From: Minisyncoccota bacterium
GTDB taxonomy: Bacteria; Patescibacteriota; Minisyncoccia; Phycocordibacterales; JACOZG01
Direction of reading: 5' to 3'
DNA: 63,841 nucleotides
Assembly: GCA_020057185.1 (NCBI GenBank)
Contig: JAGVGK010000005.1
Location: forward strand, 1-63,841
The position numbers and the translations under genes are program-made. Within the stretch, counting starts at the first letter, position 1, and each line of letters opens with the position of its first letter. Positions 28,422 to 38,673 of the stretch are shown here, piece after piece. The notes below the pieces were generated by a model. It saw nothing but the letters and a program-made list of their open reading frames with translations, searched no databases and was not told the DNA's origin.

Positions 28422-29378
28422 TTAATTAATTCGATAATATTCCTTCATCCATTGGATAGTCCGCTTAATTCCCTCATTCAAGTCAACAGTCTGCTTTAAA
28501 TTGAGCTGTTTCGCCGCTCGAGAAGCATCTACCTTTTTATTTTTAGTGGTTAAAATTTCTGACTCTTGATAGTGAAGTAAAGATTTTTTTGCCCCACTGT
28601 GCTTAAGAACCAAATCAGCTAGAAGTTCAATGTCGTGCTCTTCACCGCCAGCAATATTATAAATTTCCCCCGATTTAAAATCGTCTACAATATTTGCCAA
28701 GGCATTGGCAGTATCTTCAAGATAAGTAGAAGTCCGAGTATGGCCACGATAAATAACTATCGGTATGCCAAAAAGCAAATGGTAACAAAATTTACAATTT
28801 ACACTCCGATATGGATGATACCACTCACCCGGTCCGTAAGTATTGAAGAGTCTAACTATAACTGTTTCGGTCCCATGTTTTATTTTTGAATTCCGGATTT
28901 GTTGTTCATTAACCCATTTAGACAAAGCGTAATCATTCAACTGTTTGACCTCATATTTATCCATTACATCTTCAGACATAACCTGATCAAAATCGCCATA
29001 AACTTCAGAGGAAGAAAAGTGGATTAATTTAAAACCCAATTTCTCTTGCAAGCGAATAATGTTTTTCGTTCCGATTGCATTGGAACGCCAAACTTGTTCA
29101 TAAAAATCTTCACCATTCCAGCGACCAAACTCAGCAGCACAGTGGTAAACAAAATCAAATGGGCTGGCTTTTTGGAAAACTCTCTCCAGCTGTCTAAAAT
29201 CCGCTACATCACAGCGAGAATAGTAAAACTTACCTTTAGACATAGGGTGTTCCCAACCAACTTCGCCCAAATCGTGAGAAAGATCTAACCCAAAAACATT
29301 ATGTCCCCGCTCACCAAGAACCTTAGTGAGCCAAGACCCCACCACCCCCTTACTACCAGTAATCAGTATGCGTGACAT
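28422..29378 (-). CDS. NAD-dependent epimerase/dehydratase
   Basis: ITGSKGVVG, SSSEVYG, YALSK, FNTYGP. Confidence 0.92.
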   Translation of the reverse strand: MSRILITGSKGVVGSWLTKVLGERGHNVFGLDLSHDLGEVGWEHPMSKGKFYYSRCDVADFRQLERVFQKASPFDFVYHCAAEFGRWNGEDFYEQVWRSNAIGTKNIIRLQEKLGFKLIHFSSSEVYGDFDQVMSEDVMDKYEVKQLNDYALSKWVNEQQIRNSKIKHGTETVIVRLFNTYGPGEWYHPYRSVNCKFCYHLLFGIPIVIYRGHTRTSTYLEDTANALANIVDDFKSGEIYNIAGGEEHDIELLADLVLKHSGAKKSLLHYQESEILTTKNKKVDASRAAKQLNLKQTVDLNEGIKRTIQWMKEYYRIN

Positions 29379-29414
29379 ATCCCCATCATCATATCATTAA
29401 AATAAATTTTTTCA

Positions 29415-29445
29415 AGAAAAAAAGCCCGGCGAGAACGCCGAGCTT
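29415..29445 (-). terminator. Intrinsic terminator
   Basis: AAGCTCGGCG-TTCT-CGCCGGGCTT followed by a T run. Confidence 0.7.
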
Positions 29446-29473
29446 GAATATGTGATTTTCGCAACCTGATTCT

Positions 29474-30193
29474 TCAATCGGAACCGGGGAAATCCCAATT
29501 TGGGGTTTCAACGATTTCCTTTCGGTTTTTAAAATAAAAGAATACTTCCTGAAATGTAGCGGCAAATCCCCGGCGAATGTGATCCTCAATTTTGAGAGCA
29601 TCGGTCATTGCCGACTCAAAACAGGTCGCCATCTTGACTCCTTGACTACCAAGTATGGGCGCCCACCAGTTTGTCGCTTTCGGGAGAAGCATTCGGTAAT
29701 CGATCCAGTATCTCACTTCCTTCATTGCAGCCACGAGATATGGGAACATTCTTCCGCCGTGATAAGCGACGGAGACACTTCCGACGTTCTCGAATCGATG
29801 CTCTTCGGCCTTTCTTACAATGGCCAATGCTTCTTCTTTGGAGTTGGTGATCGGATCCATAACAATCAGATCACCTCGACTGGCGCCATGTGATACTAAC
29901 TCTTGGACAAGGGCATCCGAACCAATCCAAGCCGATTGTGGGGTTGAACCACTAGTCGCTCGTCCATCCCCGCCAACTACCCAAATAGGACATTGATACC
30001 GACGACCCATTCCAACTGCATGATCAAACAAACTACCTTCTTGGTACATTCCTTGAGATAGACCGTGAACCGCCACGGCATCAAGTTTATCTGGTTCATC
30101 ACTCATACAAGCAAAAGTAATGGCTATTTGTGCCACCGAGACGGACTTCTCTACCAATGCTAATGTAAACGGATCGACTGATCGCCCCATCAC
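29474..30193 (-). CDS. Hypothetical protein, possible YdcF/DUF218-like fold
   Basis: DAVAVHG, VGG, TNSKEEA, AYHGGR resemble the DUF218 NT.E.A and H..R motifs. Confidence 0.5.
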   Translation of the reverse strand: MMGRSVDPFTLALVEKSVSVAQIAITFACMSDEPDKLDAVAVHGLSQGMYQEGSLFDHAVGMGRRYQCPIWVVGGDGRATSGSTPQSAWIGSDALVQELVSHGASRGDLIVMDPITNSKEEALAIVRKAEEHRFENVGSVSVAYHGGRMFPYLVAAMKEVRYWIDYRMLLPKATNWWAPILGSQGVKMATCFESAMTDALKIEDHIRRGFAATFQEVFFYFKNRKEIVETPNWDFPGSD

Positions 30194-30294
30194 AACACCA
30201 TCCTTTCAATCAAAGAACTCCTCTTGAATCAGTTTCGCTAGCCAATTTAATCCTAACACACTGTACCTAAAATCACAATCCCACTTCCAAAATT

Positions 30295-31032
30295 TCAAGA
30301 CCTTTCGATAACCGAGACGCCACGCTGTTGAACCACCCGAGAAGCACACTTATTTGCGAATTTGATAGCATCTTCAATATTATTAGTTTCAGCATATTTT
30401 ACTAAAAGGGCAGCAAAAAAACTGTCACCAGCGCCAGATAAATCTTTAACCTCTACCTTATCCACTGGATACGATTTCCCCTGAAAAGTTGCCCCAAGAT
30501 CGCCTTTAGTACAGATTATTTTATTAACTAGGGAATTGGGTATTGATGATTTTGAACGCTCGTATTCATAATTGTTTATCTTAATAAACTTGGCTTTTTC
30601 GGCCCAATGACCGAGAACTTTTTTAGTATCCACAAAAACATTGCTGTGATTTTTACATAAATAAGCGATATCATCTTCTGTCAAAAATCCTTTATTGTAA
30701 TCGGAGACAGCAATGATATCGTACATCAGTGGAATTTTTTGAATCACCACTCGCGGAATATGATGATCCGTATCTACGCGCATAAAAGCGTGATTACTAC
30801 CTCGATGCATGTAACGAGTTTTAGTGACTAGTTTCCAACCATCATTGGTCACAATATCACAGGCCTTATAGATATTTTTTACATTGCGTTCCACATTCTT
30901 GGCCATTCCTGGATTTTCTATCTGCTCGATCACGCTCAATACTGGAATCGGCAAATCGGGGGCTAAACGATCGGCATTACAATAAACAAAAATATCTTTA
31001 CAGCTTTCACCAACAATAAGTATTTTTTTCAT
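30295..31032 (-). CDS. PfkB-family kinase, RfaE/HldE kinase-domain-like
   Basis: LIVGESCKD, RLAPDLP, KTR, SDYNKG, DLSGAGD. Confidence 0.85.
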   Translation of the reverse strand: MKKILIVGESCKDIFVYCNADRLAPDLPIPVLSVIEQIENPGMAKNVERNVKNIYKACDIVTNDGWKLVTKTRYMHRGSNHAFMRVDTDHHIPRVVIQKIPLMYDIIAVSDYNKGFLTEDDIAYLCKNHSNVFVDTKKVLGHWAEKAKFIKINNYEYERSKSSIPNSLVNKIICTKGDLGATFQGKSYPVDKVEVKDLSGAGDSFFAALLVKYAETNNIEDAIKFANKCASRVVQQRGVSVIERS

Positions 31033-32084
31033 AATGTTACGGTGGGTGCCATGTGTAGTTCTTCAAATGTAAGTTTGGTATCAATTTTAGGTTTGTTAAG
31101 AATATTGAGTATGGCGTTAGCGACATTTACCTTAGTTGGATACCAAAACTCGCTTAGCGCCGACGAAGTTGGACACGGTACATCAGGACACGCCAGTGAT
31201 TGTGGCGTGACCATAAACTCTACACCCCCCTGTACCGCTTTGGCGATAACCTCGGAACCAACAGAAAAAGCCGAGCTAGTTGTGTCAACTGTAAGCAATC
31301 GTCTAGTCTTTTTAAGCGAGGCGGAGATAGTCTTGTGGTCAATAGGATTGAGTGATACCAAATCGATAAGTTCGACCCTTGTTGTATCTCCTATGAGTTC
31401 CAGAGCTTGACGAGCAGCAAACAACGCATCACCATAACTTACTACAGTTATATCACTCCCTTTTTTAATAATACGCGCCTTATTGAGAGACACCTCGTAT
31501 AATTCTTCTGGCACCTGTTCTTTAACACCGTACAGCCAGCGTGGCTCAAGCATAACTACCGGATCATCCGCACGCACAGCAGCGATAAGAAGTCCTTTGG
31601 CAGTATAAGGCGATGACGGGATAACTACGCGCAATCCCATCACACCACCGAACATCCCATAAAAGGCCTGCGAGTGTTGTGGACCATTTCCCCACTGTCG
31701 CCCCACTACAATACGCAAAGTAACAGGGGCTGAACCACCATTACCACCAAACATATATCGCCATTTAGCTGCCTGGGTAAACATCTGATCGGATGCCAAA
31801 AGGGAGAACTCCACCCGGTCATGAAAAACTATCGGTCGCAACCCACCAATAGAAGCACCTACCGCTAGACCCGTAAGGGCCGCTTCACTTGTGGGCATAT
31901 CGAGCACACGATTGGGATATATTTGTGCAAGACTACCCACACCACCAGTACCTTGCGGAACACCGAGTCCCAGTACTAACACGCGTGGATCGCTTACCAA
32001 CAGTTGTTCTGTCGCTTCTTTAAGCGCGTCAGCATATTTAATAGGTTCGCGTACATTTGTTCGTCCGTTTTTAGTTGTAGACAT
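31029..32084 (-). CDS. TPP-dependent dehydrogenase E1 beta / transketolase-like subunit
   Basis: DMPTSE, GLRP, GPQHSQ, PYTAKGLL, DPVVMLE; start moved to the ATG at 32084. Confidence 0.9.
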   Translation of the reverse strand: MSTTKNGRTNVREPIKYADALKEATEQLLVSDPRVLVLGLGVPQGTGGVGSLAQIYPNRVLDMPTSEAALTGLAVGASIGGLRPIVFHDRVEFSLLASDQMFTQAAKWRYMFGGNGGSAPVTLRIVVGRQWGNGPQHSQAFYGMFGGVMGLRVVIPSSPYTAKGLLIAAVRADDPVVMLEPRWLYGVKEQVPEELYEVSLNKARIIKKGSDITVVSYGDALFAARQALELIGDTTRVELIDLVSLNPIDHKTISASLKKTRRLLTVDTTSSAFSVGSEVIAKAVQGGVEFMVTPQSLACPDVPCPTSSALSEFWYPTKVNVANAILNILNKPKIDTKLTFEELHMAPTVTL

Positions 32085-33042
32085 TTGTGTAAAGTTCTTC
32101 TTTAGACGGGTATGGTTGCTCAAGCGCCCAAGCAATATCAGTACATATTTTCTGGCGTAAGTTTTCTTCCTCTTTTGCTAGTTTTTTTTCCAAAACGCCA
32201 CTCATCACAATTTTTATTTTTAATTTTTTAAGCGGATCTTTCTTGAGTCGCTCTTCTAACACATCCCCCGTGCGATGCTTTTCTTCCATAAGTGGGGTCG
32301 AGTGCGCCATATGACGATACACTAAACATTCAAGCACTGCCGGCCCTCCTCCTTTACGAATCGATCCTACAAGTTTGACTGTCTTAGTATATACATCCTC
32401 ATAATCATTGCCATCTGCATGCTCATACTTCACCCCCAACCCGGTCGCAATTTTTTCGAGATTGTAGCCTTGAGATCGACGATTCTTAATGGGCGAGTTG
32501 ATAGACCACTGATTATTTTCTAACACAAAAAGAATTGGGACCTTACGGAGCGCGGCAAGATTGTATGTCTCGTATACAACACCTTCTTCTGAGGCACCAT
32601 CGCCATAAAACACCGCTACAACACCTGGTTTGCCTAAATACTTTTGCGCAAAAGCAACCCCGGTAGCGATAGGCACTGCGCTTCCAAGTAATGGTGAGGA
32701 TCCAGTAAAATTAACCGAGCGATCTACTTGGTGCATTGAACCACCCTTGCCGTGAGCTGAACCAGTGACACGACCAAAAAGTTCGGCCGCTAACATACGG
32801 AAACTCCCCCCTTTAGCTAAGTAATGCCCGTGTGAACGGTGCGTACCCATCACTTGGTCATCAACCTTTAAGGCATCGCACACTCCAGTAGCTACTGCTT
32901 CTTGCCCTATATAAAAATGAACCATGCTAAAAACTTTTTTATTCAAATAATGCTTGACTAACTCCTCCTGAGCCACACGAAGGCGCAACATGTGGCTATA
33001 GGCTTTGTGAAAATCGATCATATCTTTTTTTAAATAAGCCAT
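32071..33042 (-). CDS. TPP-dependent dehydrogenase E1 alpha subunit
   Basis: HFYIGQEA, THRSHGH, GKGGSMH, GDGA...EN, YRHMAHS. Confidence 0.92.
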   Translation of the reverse strand: MAYLKKDMIDFHKAYSHMLRLRVAQEELVKHYLNKKVFSMVHFYIGQEAVATGVCDALKVDDQVMGTHRSHGHYLAKGGSFRMLAAELFGRVTGSAHGKGGSMHQVDRSVNFTGSSPLLGSAVPIATGVAFAQKYLGKPGVVAVFYGDGASEEGVVYETYNLAALRKVPILFVLENNQWSINSPIKNRRSQGYNLEKIATGLGVKYEHADGNDYEDVYTKTVKLVGSIRKGGGPAVLECLVYRHMAHSTPLMEEKHRTGDVLEERLKKDPLKKLKIKIVMSGVLEKKLAKEEENLRQKICTDIAWALEQPYPSKEELYTNVYN

Positions 33043-33048
33043 GTTAGT

Positions 33049-34080
33049 TTACATCACAATTAAGATGCGACTTGCTTGTCCAGCACGTACTTGTTCAATA
33101 GCATTATTAATATCATTGAGTTTGACATGTTTGGTAATAATCCCATCGGTTTTTAGCATTCCAGCCTTGGCAAGTCGAACATAACGGGGAATATCTTTAC
33201 TTGGAACAAACCTGCCCCCTTGGGTAGCACGGACACTTTTCCCCTCACCACCAAAAAGGTGATTGGCATTCAAGAGTTCTATTGTTTGCCCTGGTTGAGG
33301 TTGCCCAACCATTACATATCGACCAATCCCCGAGAGAAGCGGTATAGTTGACTCAATCGCCTGTTTAGCGCCAGAACACTCAATAATAACATCGACATCT
33401 TTAAGACCGACTGTTCCAATCATTTTTGAAATATCTTCCTTCGCTGTGTTAATAAAAAGGTTAGCGCCCATCGACAGTGCCAACTCCTTCTTGGGGTCGT
33501 GAATGTCGACCGAGATAATGGGATAAGCGCCAGCAAGTTGGGCCGCTTTTATAAGATTTATGCCAAGACCTCCCGCCCCCACGATCATTACACTTTCACC
33601 AAATTTAACATGCGCTTCCTCATTAATAGTACCAAGCGCGGTTGAAAGACTACAGCCCAAGAGTGCGCATAACTCCTCGGGGGTATCTAACGGAACAGAT
33701 GTCAGGCGATTTTCGGAACAAATAGAATACTCACTAAAGGTTGTAACTTTACCACTTTTAATCCGCTTGCCCTTATACTCGTACTCGGGAAAATCAGACT
33801 CTATTCCCTGACCCTGTCGCCAATGCATCACCACCTTGTCACCTTTTTTAACACGAGTGACGCCAACACCCACATCCTCCACAAAACCACACCCTTCGTG
33901 CCCCATCAAATGGGGCACGAACTTGGCATTCCCTTTGTTCCCAGCAATTTCCTGCAATTGGGCGCCACAAATACCACTGACTAATATCCTGACCAAGACC
34001 TGACCGAATTGAAGCGGGGTTAATTTTACCTCTCCAATAACCAGCGGCATGTTAATTTTTTCGAGAACAGCAGCTTTCAT
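33049..34080 (-). CDS. Zinc-binding alcohol dehydrogenase (MDR)
   Basis: GIC, GHEG, LLGC, GAGGLG. Confidence 0.92.
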   Translation of the reverse strand: MKAAVLEKINMPLVIGEVKLTPLQFGQVLVRILVSGICGAQLQEIAGNKGNAKFVPHLMGHEGCGFVEDVGVGVTRVKKGDKVVMHWRQGQGIESDFPEYEYKGKRIKSGKVTTFSEYSICSENRLTSVPLDTPEELCALLGCSLSTALGTINEEAHVKFGESVMIVGAGGLGINLIKAAQLAGAYPIISVDIHDPKKELALSMGANLFINTAKEDISKMIGTVGLKDVDVIIECSGAKQAIESTIPLLSGIGRYVMVGQPQPGQTIELLNANHLFGGEGKSVRATQGGRFVPSKDIPRYVRLAKAGMLKTDGIITKHVKLNDINNAIEQVRAGQASRILIVM

Positions 34081-34150
34081 AATACTATTTTAATTTTAAT
34101 ATAGATTGATAATAACACAAAATCCATTATACTAGTAAATAATAATTTAT

Positions 34151-34963
34151 ATGTCGAGTATCATCCTACTTTTACCTTTCGGATTAGGCGACCACATTAT
34201 CTGTCACAGTATTGTTCGCGAACACTGTGTTAAATACGAACGGGTGACAATTTTTGCCGAACCACGCAACATAGAAACAGTGAAATTTATGTATCGTGAC
34301 TTAAAAAACCTAATAATTATCGCGGGGAATAAAAGCTTTGCCAAAAATTTTATTTTATCGCATCTTGCTATCAACGCTCCCGCGACAGTTACCCCTAGGT
34401 ATGAATATCTAAAAATCATCGGGTTCCAATATTTTAATCCCCACTCTGGTGTGTTGTTTGAACAACAAGAATATCAACTGGCTGGATTAGATTTGGAAAA
34501 AAAATGGAGTGGTTTTAAGATTGATAGGGATTTAATTAGGGAACAACAACTCCTCAAAAAATCTGGCATAAGGGGAGAATACGTTTTTTTGCATGAAGAC
34601 CGTTCTAGAAATTATATTATTAACAGAAACCTAATTAGCAAAAAGTTTAATTTTTTTGTTCCCAAGCCGCAAATGACTGATAATATGTTTGATTACTGTA
34701 CCATTATAGAAAAGGCTAAGGAAATTCATGTGATAGATTCTTCTTTTATGTTTTTAATTGATGTATTAAATTACAACAATCCAGAACAAAAATTATATAT
34801 CCATCGTTATGCTAGACCAAACATTGAATGGAAATTACCTATTCTTAAGAAAAATTGGCAAATTATAGATATGGGGTACAGCAAACTAAGTCAGTACCTG
34901 CGCAACAGCATTTTCTCAGCCAAACAAACTATCCACAGGGTTTGGAATGTATGTTCATGTTAG
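34151..34963 (+). CDS. Hypothetical protein, GT-B-like
   Basis: GLGDHI at the N-terminus, AKEIHVIDSSF near the C-terminus (GT9-like pattern). Confidence 0.55.
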   Translation: MSSIILLLPFGLGDHIICHSIVREHCVKYERVTIFAEPRNIETVKFMYRDLKNLIIIAGNKSFAKNFILSHLAINAPATVTPRYEYLKIIGFQYFNPHSGVLFEQQEYQLAGLDLEKKWSGFKIDRDLIREQQLLKKSGIRGEYVFLHEDRSRNYIINRNLISKKFNFFVPKPQMTDNMFDYCTIIEKAKEIHVIDSSFMFLIDVLNYNNPEQKLYIHRYARPNIEWKLPILKKNWQIIDMGYSKLSQYLRNSIFSAKQTIHRVWNVCSC

Positions 34964-36261
34964 AGAAAATAAAGCTAAAAATATTCGGGGCTCTCCGTTG
35001 GAGTGAGAAGCACACTCAAACAGATATGGTTTACCTGGCTAAGGGAGGATTTTGGCTAATTATAAGCCAGGTTATCTCTTCTTTGGCTTCCCTCGTTCTT
35101 GTAATTGCCTTCGCCAATCTCATTTCCGCCGAGTTATATGGTAATTATAGATACATTATATCGATCATCGGGATGTTGTCTGCTGCCACTTTTCCCGGAA
35201 TAAACTCAATGGCAATTAAAAGCGTGGCTAATGGAGATGAAGATACCTTTTGGAAACTACTGAAAAAAAGGGGTGTTTGGTCTCTGGCTAGCACCGGGGC
35301 TAGTTTGCTTTTATCTCTCTACTATCAAATCAACGGCAACACCAACTTATCAACAATCCTTGTTATTGTTGCTATCGCCATACCACTTTCTTCAGTGGTC
35401 GGCATGTATTCGGCTTTTTTGAACGGGAAGAAAGATTTCCGGAGACTGGCCCAATGGTCAACTTTAGCAAGGTTAGTAGTGACTGCTTCTTTTATCATCA
35501 TTCTCCCCTTCGTTGATAGTTTATTTGCTCTGTTTCTTTTGTATTTCATACCAGAAATGTTGGTGGAGAGTTTCTTTTTGATAATTTTATATCGACGAAA
35601 AACAAGCAAAATTCCGGCAGAAAGAAGCAACATTAAAAAATTAACTAAGTTTGGTTTTCATCTAAGTTTAATGGAGGTTTTAAAAACAATTGCCGGTCAG
35701 GCAGACAAGATCCTTATTTTTCATTATTTGGGAGCGGCAGAATTGGCTATTTACACCATCGCAACTACCGCCCCCAGTCAAATAAAAAGCGTGCTACAAA
35801 ACATCAGCACTCTTGCCTGGCCGAAGTTCAGCAGCGCCAAAGAAGAAAACATAAGAACGACTTTACCAGCCAAACTATTTAAGTTAGAGCTAATTATTAT
35901 TGGATTAGTAGCTATTTATTGGATAGCGGCCCCCTTCTTGTTTCCGATTTTCTTTCCTAAATACGCCAGTGCAGTATTTATTTCCCAAATTTACTCATTA
36001 TCTCTATTATTTTTCCCTAGAACATTTTTCTCCACCGCAATGACTGCCCAACTTAAACAGAAAGAGATGTACGCCATTCGGATATTTGCCCCAATCATTA
36101 GAATTACGGTTTTTGCCATTGCCCTTCCATTTTGGGGCTTATGGGGCGCAATTATTGGATCGATAATCAGTAGTATATTAACAGCTGTCATTTATCAATT
36201 TTTCTTTAAGAGAGCTTTTCCCCGATCAATCAAAAATATTGCTCCATGCCATCCAAAATAA
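34957..36261 (+). CDS. wzx: Oligosaccharide flippase (Wzx/MOP family)
   Basis: About 12 TM helices, YGNY, DKILI..YLG...LAIY; start at 34951 or 34957. Confidence 0.85.
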   Translation: MLEKIKLKIFGALRWSEKHTQTDMVYLAKGGFWLIISQVISSLASLVLVIAFANLISAELYGNYRYIISIIGMLSAATFPGINSMAIKSVANGDEDTFWKLLKKRGVWSLASTGASLLLSLYYQINGNTNLSTILVIVAIAIPLSSVVGMYSAFLNGKKDFRRLAQWSTLARLVVTASFIIILPFVDSLFALFLLYFIPEMLVESFFLIILYRRKTSKIPAERSNIKKLTKFGFHLSLMEVLKTIAGQADKILIFHYLGAAELAIYTIATTAPSQIKSVLQNISTLAWPKFSSAKEENIRTTLPAKLFKLELIIIGLVAIYWIAAPFLFPIFFPKYASAVFISQIYSLSLLFFPRTFFSTAMTAQLKQKEMYAIRIFAPIIRITVFAIALPFWGLWGAIIGSIISSILTAVIYQFFFKRAFPRSIKNIAPCHPK

Positions 36262-36899
36262 CCCTCAAAAGTGGCTTTGATTTGCGGATGTTCAGCAAGA
36301 AACTCTTTCCACGCCCTTCTTTCGCCCTTTTGATCATCAGATTCAAAACAATTCCAGTCGTCAAATAAAATCCTTGTTCCTGTTTGTAAATAAGGAAACA
36401 TAAAATCTAAAACATCTTTGGTCGACTCATATAAATCACAGTCGATTAATACCACTTTGGCCTTGCCTAAAGGTAAAGTCTCGAGTTTTGATTTATTTTT
36501 TAGCGACTCATCAAAAAAACCTTTGATTAAATAAACATTTTTACCTAAACATCCCTTGCTCCGCAAATTCTCTTGCACCTGCTCCAAAGAACAACAATAT
36601 TGCCCCTGCTTAAACCTCCAACCGGCATCAATCCCCTTAATTTCAGGTAAACCCTCAAATGAATCGAAACCAAAAAAATTTTGTCGGCCAATACTTCTTT
36701 TCCCTAGTTTGATAGCACGATAAAAAGAATAGCCCTCAAATAAACCAAACTCGTAGTAATCACCAACCAGATTTCTCGTTTGTCCAAAAGCGTTTTTTAA
36801 ACCTCGGGTTGTATCGGGCGTGGGGGTATAAAAAGAATGCCAACCAAATTTCTTTTTTAAATGATAATACTTACGAACAAGTCGGTCGGATAATTTCAT
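36195..36899 (-). CDS. TylF/MycF family O-methyltransferase
   Basis: GDYYEFG, GFDSFEGLP, KGFFDESL, IDCDLYES, FDD. Confidence 0.9.
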   Translation of the reverse strand: MKLSDRLVRKYYHLKKKFGWHSFYTPTPDTTRGLKNAFGQTRNLVGDYYEFGLFEGYSFYRAIKLGKRSIGRQNFFGFDSFEGLPEIKGIDAGWRFKQGQYCCSLEQVQENLRSKGCLGKNVYLIKGFFDESLKNKSKLETLPLGKAKVVLIDCDLYESTKDVLDFMFPYLQTGTRILFDDWNCFESDDQKGERRAWKEFLAEHPQIKATFEGYFGWHGAIFLIDRGKALLKKN

Positions 36900-37993
36900 A
36901 TTTTTTCTAAATTTTGATTTATTTTTTGACCGAGCACATCCCAATGCAAATTTTGTCTCACAAAACCAATTGCTCGTTGGCCCATTTCATAACGTTCAAT
37001 CGAAGTTAAACGATACAAACCGACAAGAGCGATTTCTAAATCTTCCATTATGTTATCGGCCTCTACTACAGTAATACAATTCGCACCCCCAAACAACTCG
37101 TCGATCGGACCAACTCTGGTAGTGACGACCGGCACTCCGGTGGCTAAATATTCCGGCAGTTTGGAGGGGTAGGAGTATTCAGTCATCTCGACGCTGGGTC
37201 GAGCAATTACCAAAACACTTGACCGACTAATCATAACTGGAACATCATTGTGCGAAACCTTAAAATGTAAATCTGTAATATCGGTTAGTCCAAGTTCTTC
37301 TAGAGTATTTTCAATTTCGCCACGGCCACTACTCATAATTAAATTTAATCTGAAAGGAAAAGTCCCCTTCTGTTTAATCCGGCTAGCTACGATCAACAAA
37401 TTTTGAATACCTTGGTATGCTTTAGAATTTCCAGTATAACCAATGGTAAAAATGCTTGGCGGTAAATACTTCCCATCATAAAACTCATTGTCAGTGACAC
37501 CACCGTAAACCACAACGCACTTTTTCAACTTGGAGCCATAATATGTTCCCAGTTTTGTTGAAACAACAAAAACCAGATCATACCAACGAATTAAAAAATT
37601 AATTTTCTGTTGCAACAACCAACTCTTAAACTTCCCCATCTGACCTTGATAATACATTTCCGCAGTAACAAGGCCGTGCAAATCAATGGCAATAGCAACT
37701 CCCGTAAACATTTTGAGCCAAAAAGGTAAATCAATGTCCACATCAGTCGCGGTCATAATAATATCTGGCTGATATTTCTTAATTACTAACTTAAAATACT
37801 TTACCTTTTGCCAAAGACTTCCCGCAGAGGGATAGGGAACAAATCTTTCAACAAAATTGGTGTCAATCTCTAAGGCGGAAACAATTACTCTGTGTTCCTT
37901 TTGGATTTGTTTAATAAAATTATAAATTCGGATCGGCGTGCCTCTCTTGGAATCTCGTAAAGATCCACTAGTTATGAAAAGAATGGTTTTCAT
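36896..37993 (-). CDS. Glycosyltransferase family 4
   Basis: YTG, PSKLPEYLATGVPVV. Confidence 0.88.
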   Translation of the reverse strand: MKTILFITSGSLRDSKRGTPIRIYNFIKQIQKEHRVIVSALEIDTNFVERFVPYPSAGSLWQKVKYFKLVIKKYQPDIIMTATDVDIDLPFWLKMFTGVAIAIDLHGLVTAEMYYQGQMGKFKSWLLQQKINFLIRWYDLVFVVSTKLGTYYGSKLKKCVVVYGGVTDNEFYDGKYLPPSIFTIGYTGNSKAYQGIQNLLIVASRIKQKGTFPFRLNLIMSSGRGEIENTLEELGLTDITDLHFKVSHNDVPVMISRSSVLVIARPSVEMTEYSYPSKLPEYLATGVPVVTTRVGPIDELFGGANCITVVEADNIMEDLEIALVGLYRLTSIERYEMGQRAIGFVRQNLHWDVLGQKINQNLEKI

Positions 37994-38639
37994 TTTTTTC
38001 GGCCTTAAAAGTTATCAAAAACCCACCCAATCCAGGCAAAAGACGAACCAACCAATACCACTTTGGTTGAACAATGGCCCCAATGATTACATTTTTAAAA
38101 TATTTAGATAATAATGCTTTGATCATTTGACAAGAAAACTGATTTATATGCGTCGGTTCCCCGAGGGGTGTGTTTTGGGGTTGAGCGAGAAAAAGACGAA
38201 AACGATTTTTAAGATTAAACGCGTTGGGGACAGAACCAACAAATAATCCTCCTGATTTGAGAACGAACAAAATTTTTTCCATCACCCGACCTGGAAAATA
38301 GAGATGTTCAATTACTTCAGTTGCAACCACGATGTCGAATTCTCCTTCATGACCCAAGTGCCAATCACCATTTAGATCATGCCATTCTGTCTTCATTCCA
38401 AGTGGGCATCGCTTAAGAGCGGCCGAATCAACATCGAAACCGACCACTTCATTGCCAGCCATTATTAAATAACGAGCAATGCGTCCGTCGCGACATCCAA
38501 GATCAAGAATTTTTTTACTCGTTCCGGCCCAATTAACAAACAATTTGCCCCGTTCTTCTTCAAACGAACTTGAGCCTCCACCCTCAGCATCTTTAGTCGT
38601 ATGCCGAGTACTATATATTTTATCTAGAACTTCTTTCAT
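37968..38639 (-). CDS. Class I SAM methyltransferase
   Basis: LDLGCRDG, EVIEHL, SVPN. Confidence 0.9.
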   Translation of the reverse strand: MKEVLDKIYSTRHTTKDAEGGGSSSFEEERGKLFVNWAGTSKKILDLGCRDGRIARYLIMAGNEVVGFDVDSAALKRCPLGMKTEWHDLNGDWHLGHEGEFDIVVATEVIEHLYFPGRVMEKILFVLKSGGLFVGSVPNAFNLKNRFRLFLAQPQNTPLGEPTHINQFSCQMIKALLSKYFKNVIIGAIVQPKWYWLVRLLPGLGGFLITFKAEKNENHSFHN

Positions 38640-38673
38640 AAATAATTATAATAAAACTTTTTGATAAATTAAA

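Noticed and set aside
31029..33042. Housekeeping pyruvate dehydrogenase (pdhA/pdhB)
   Set aside because: No E2/E3 nearby and embedded in a glycan cluster, so no symbols assigned
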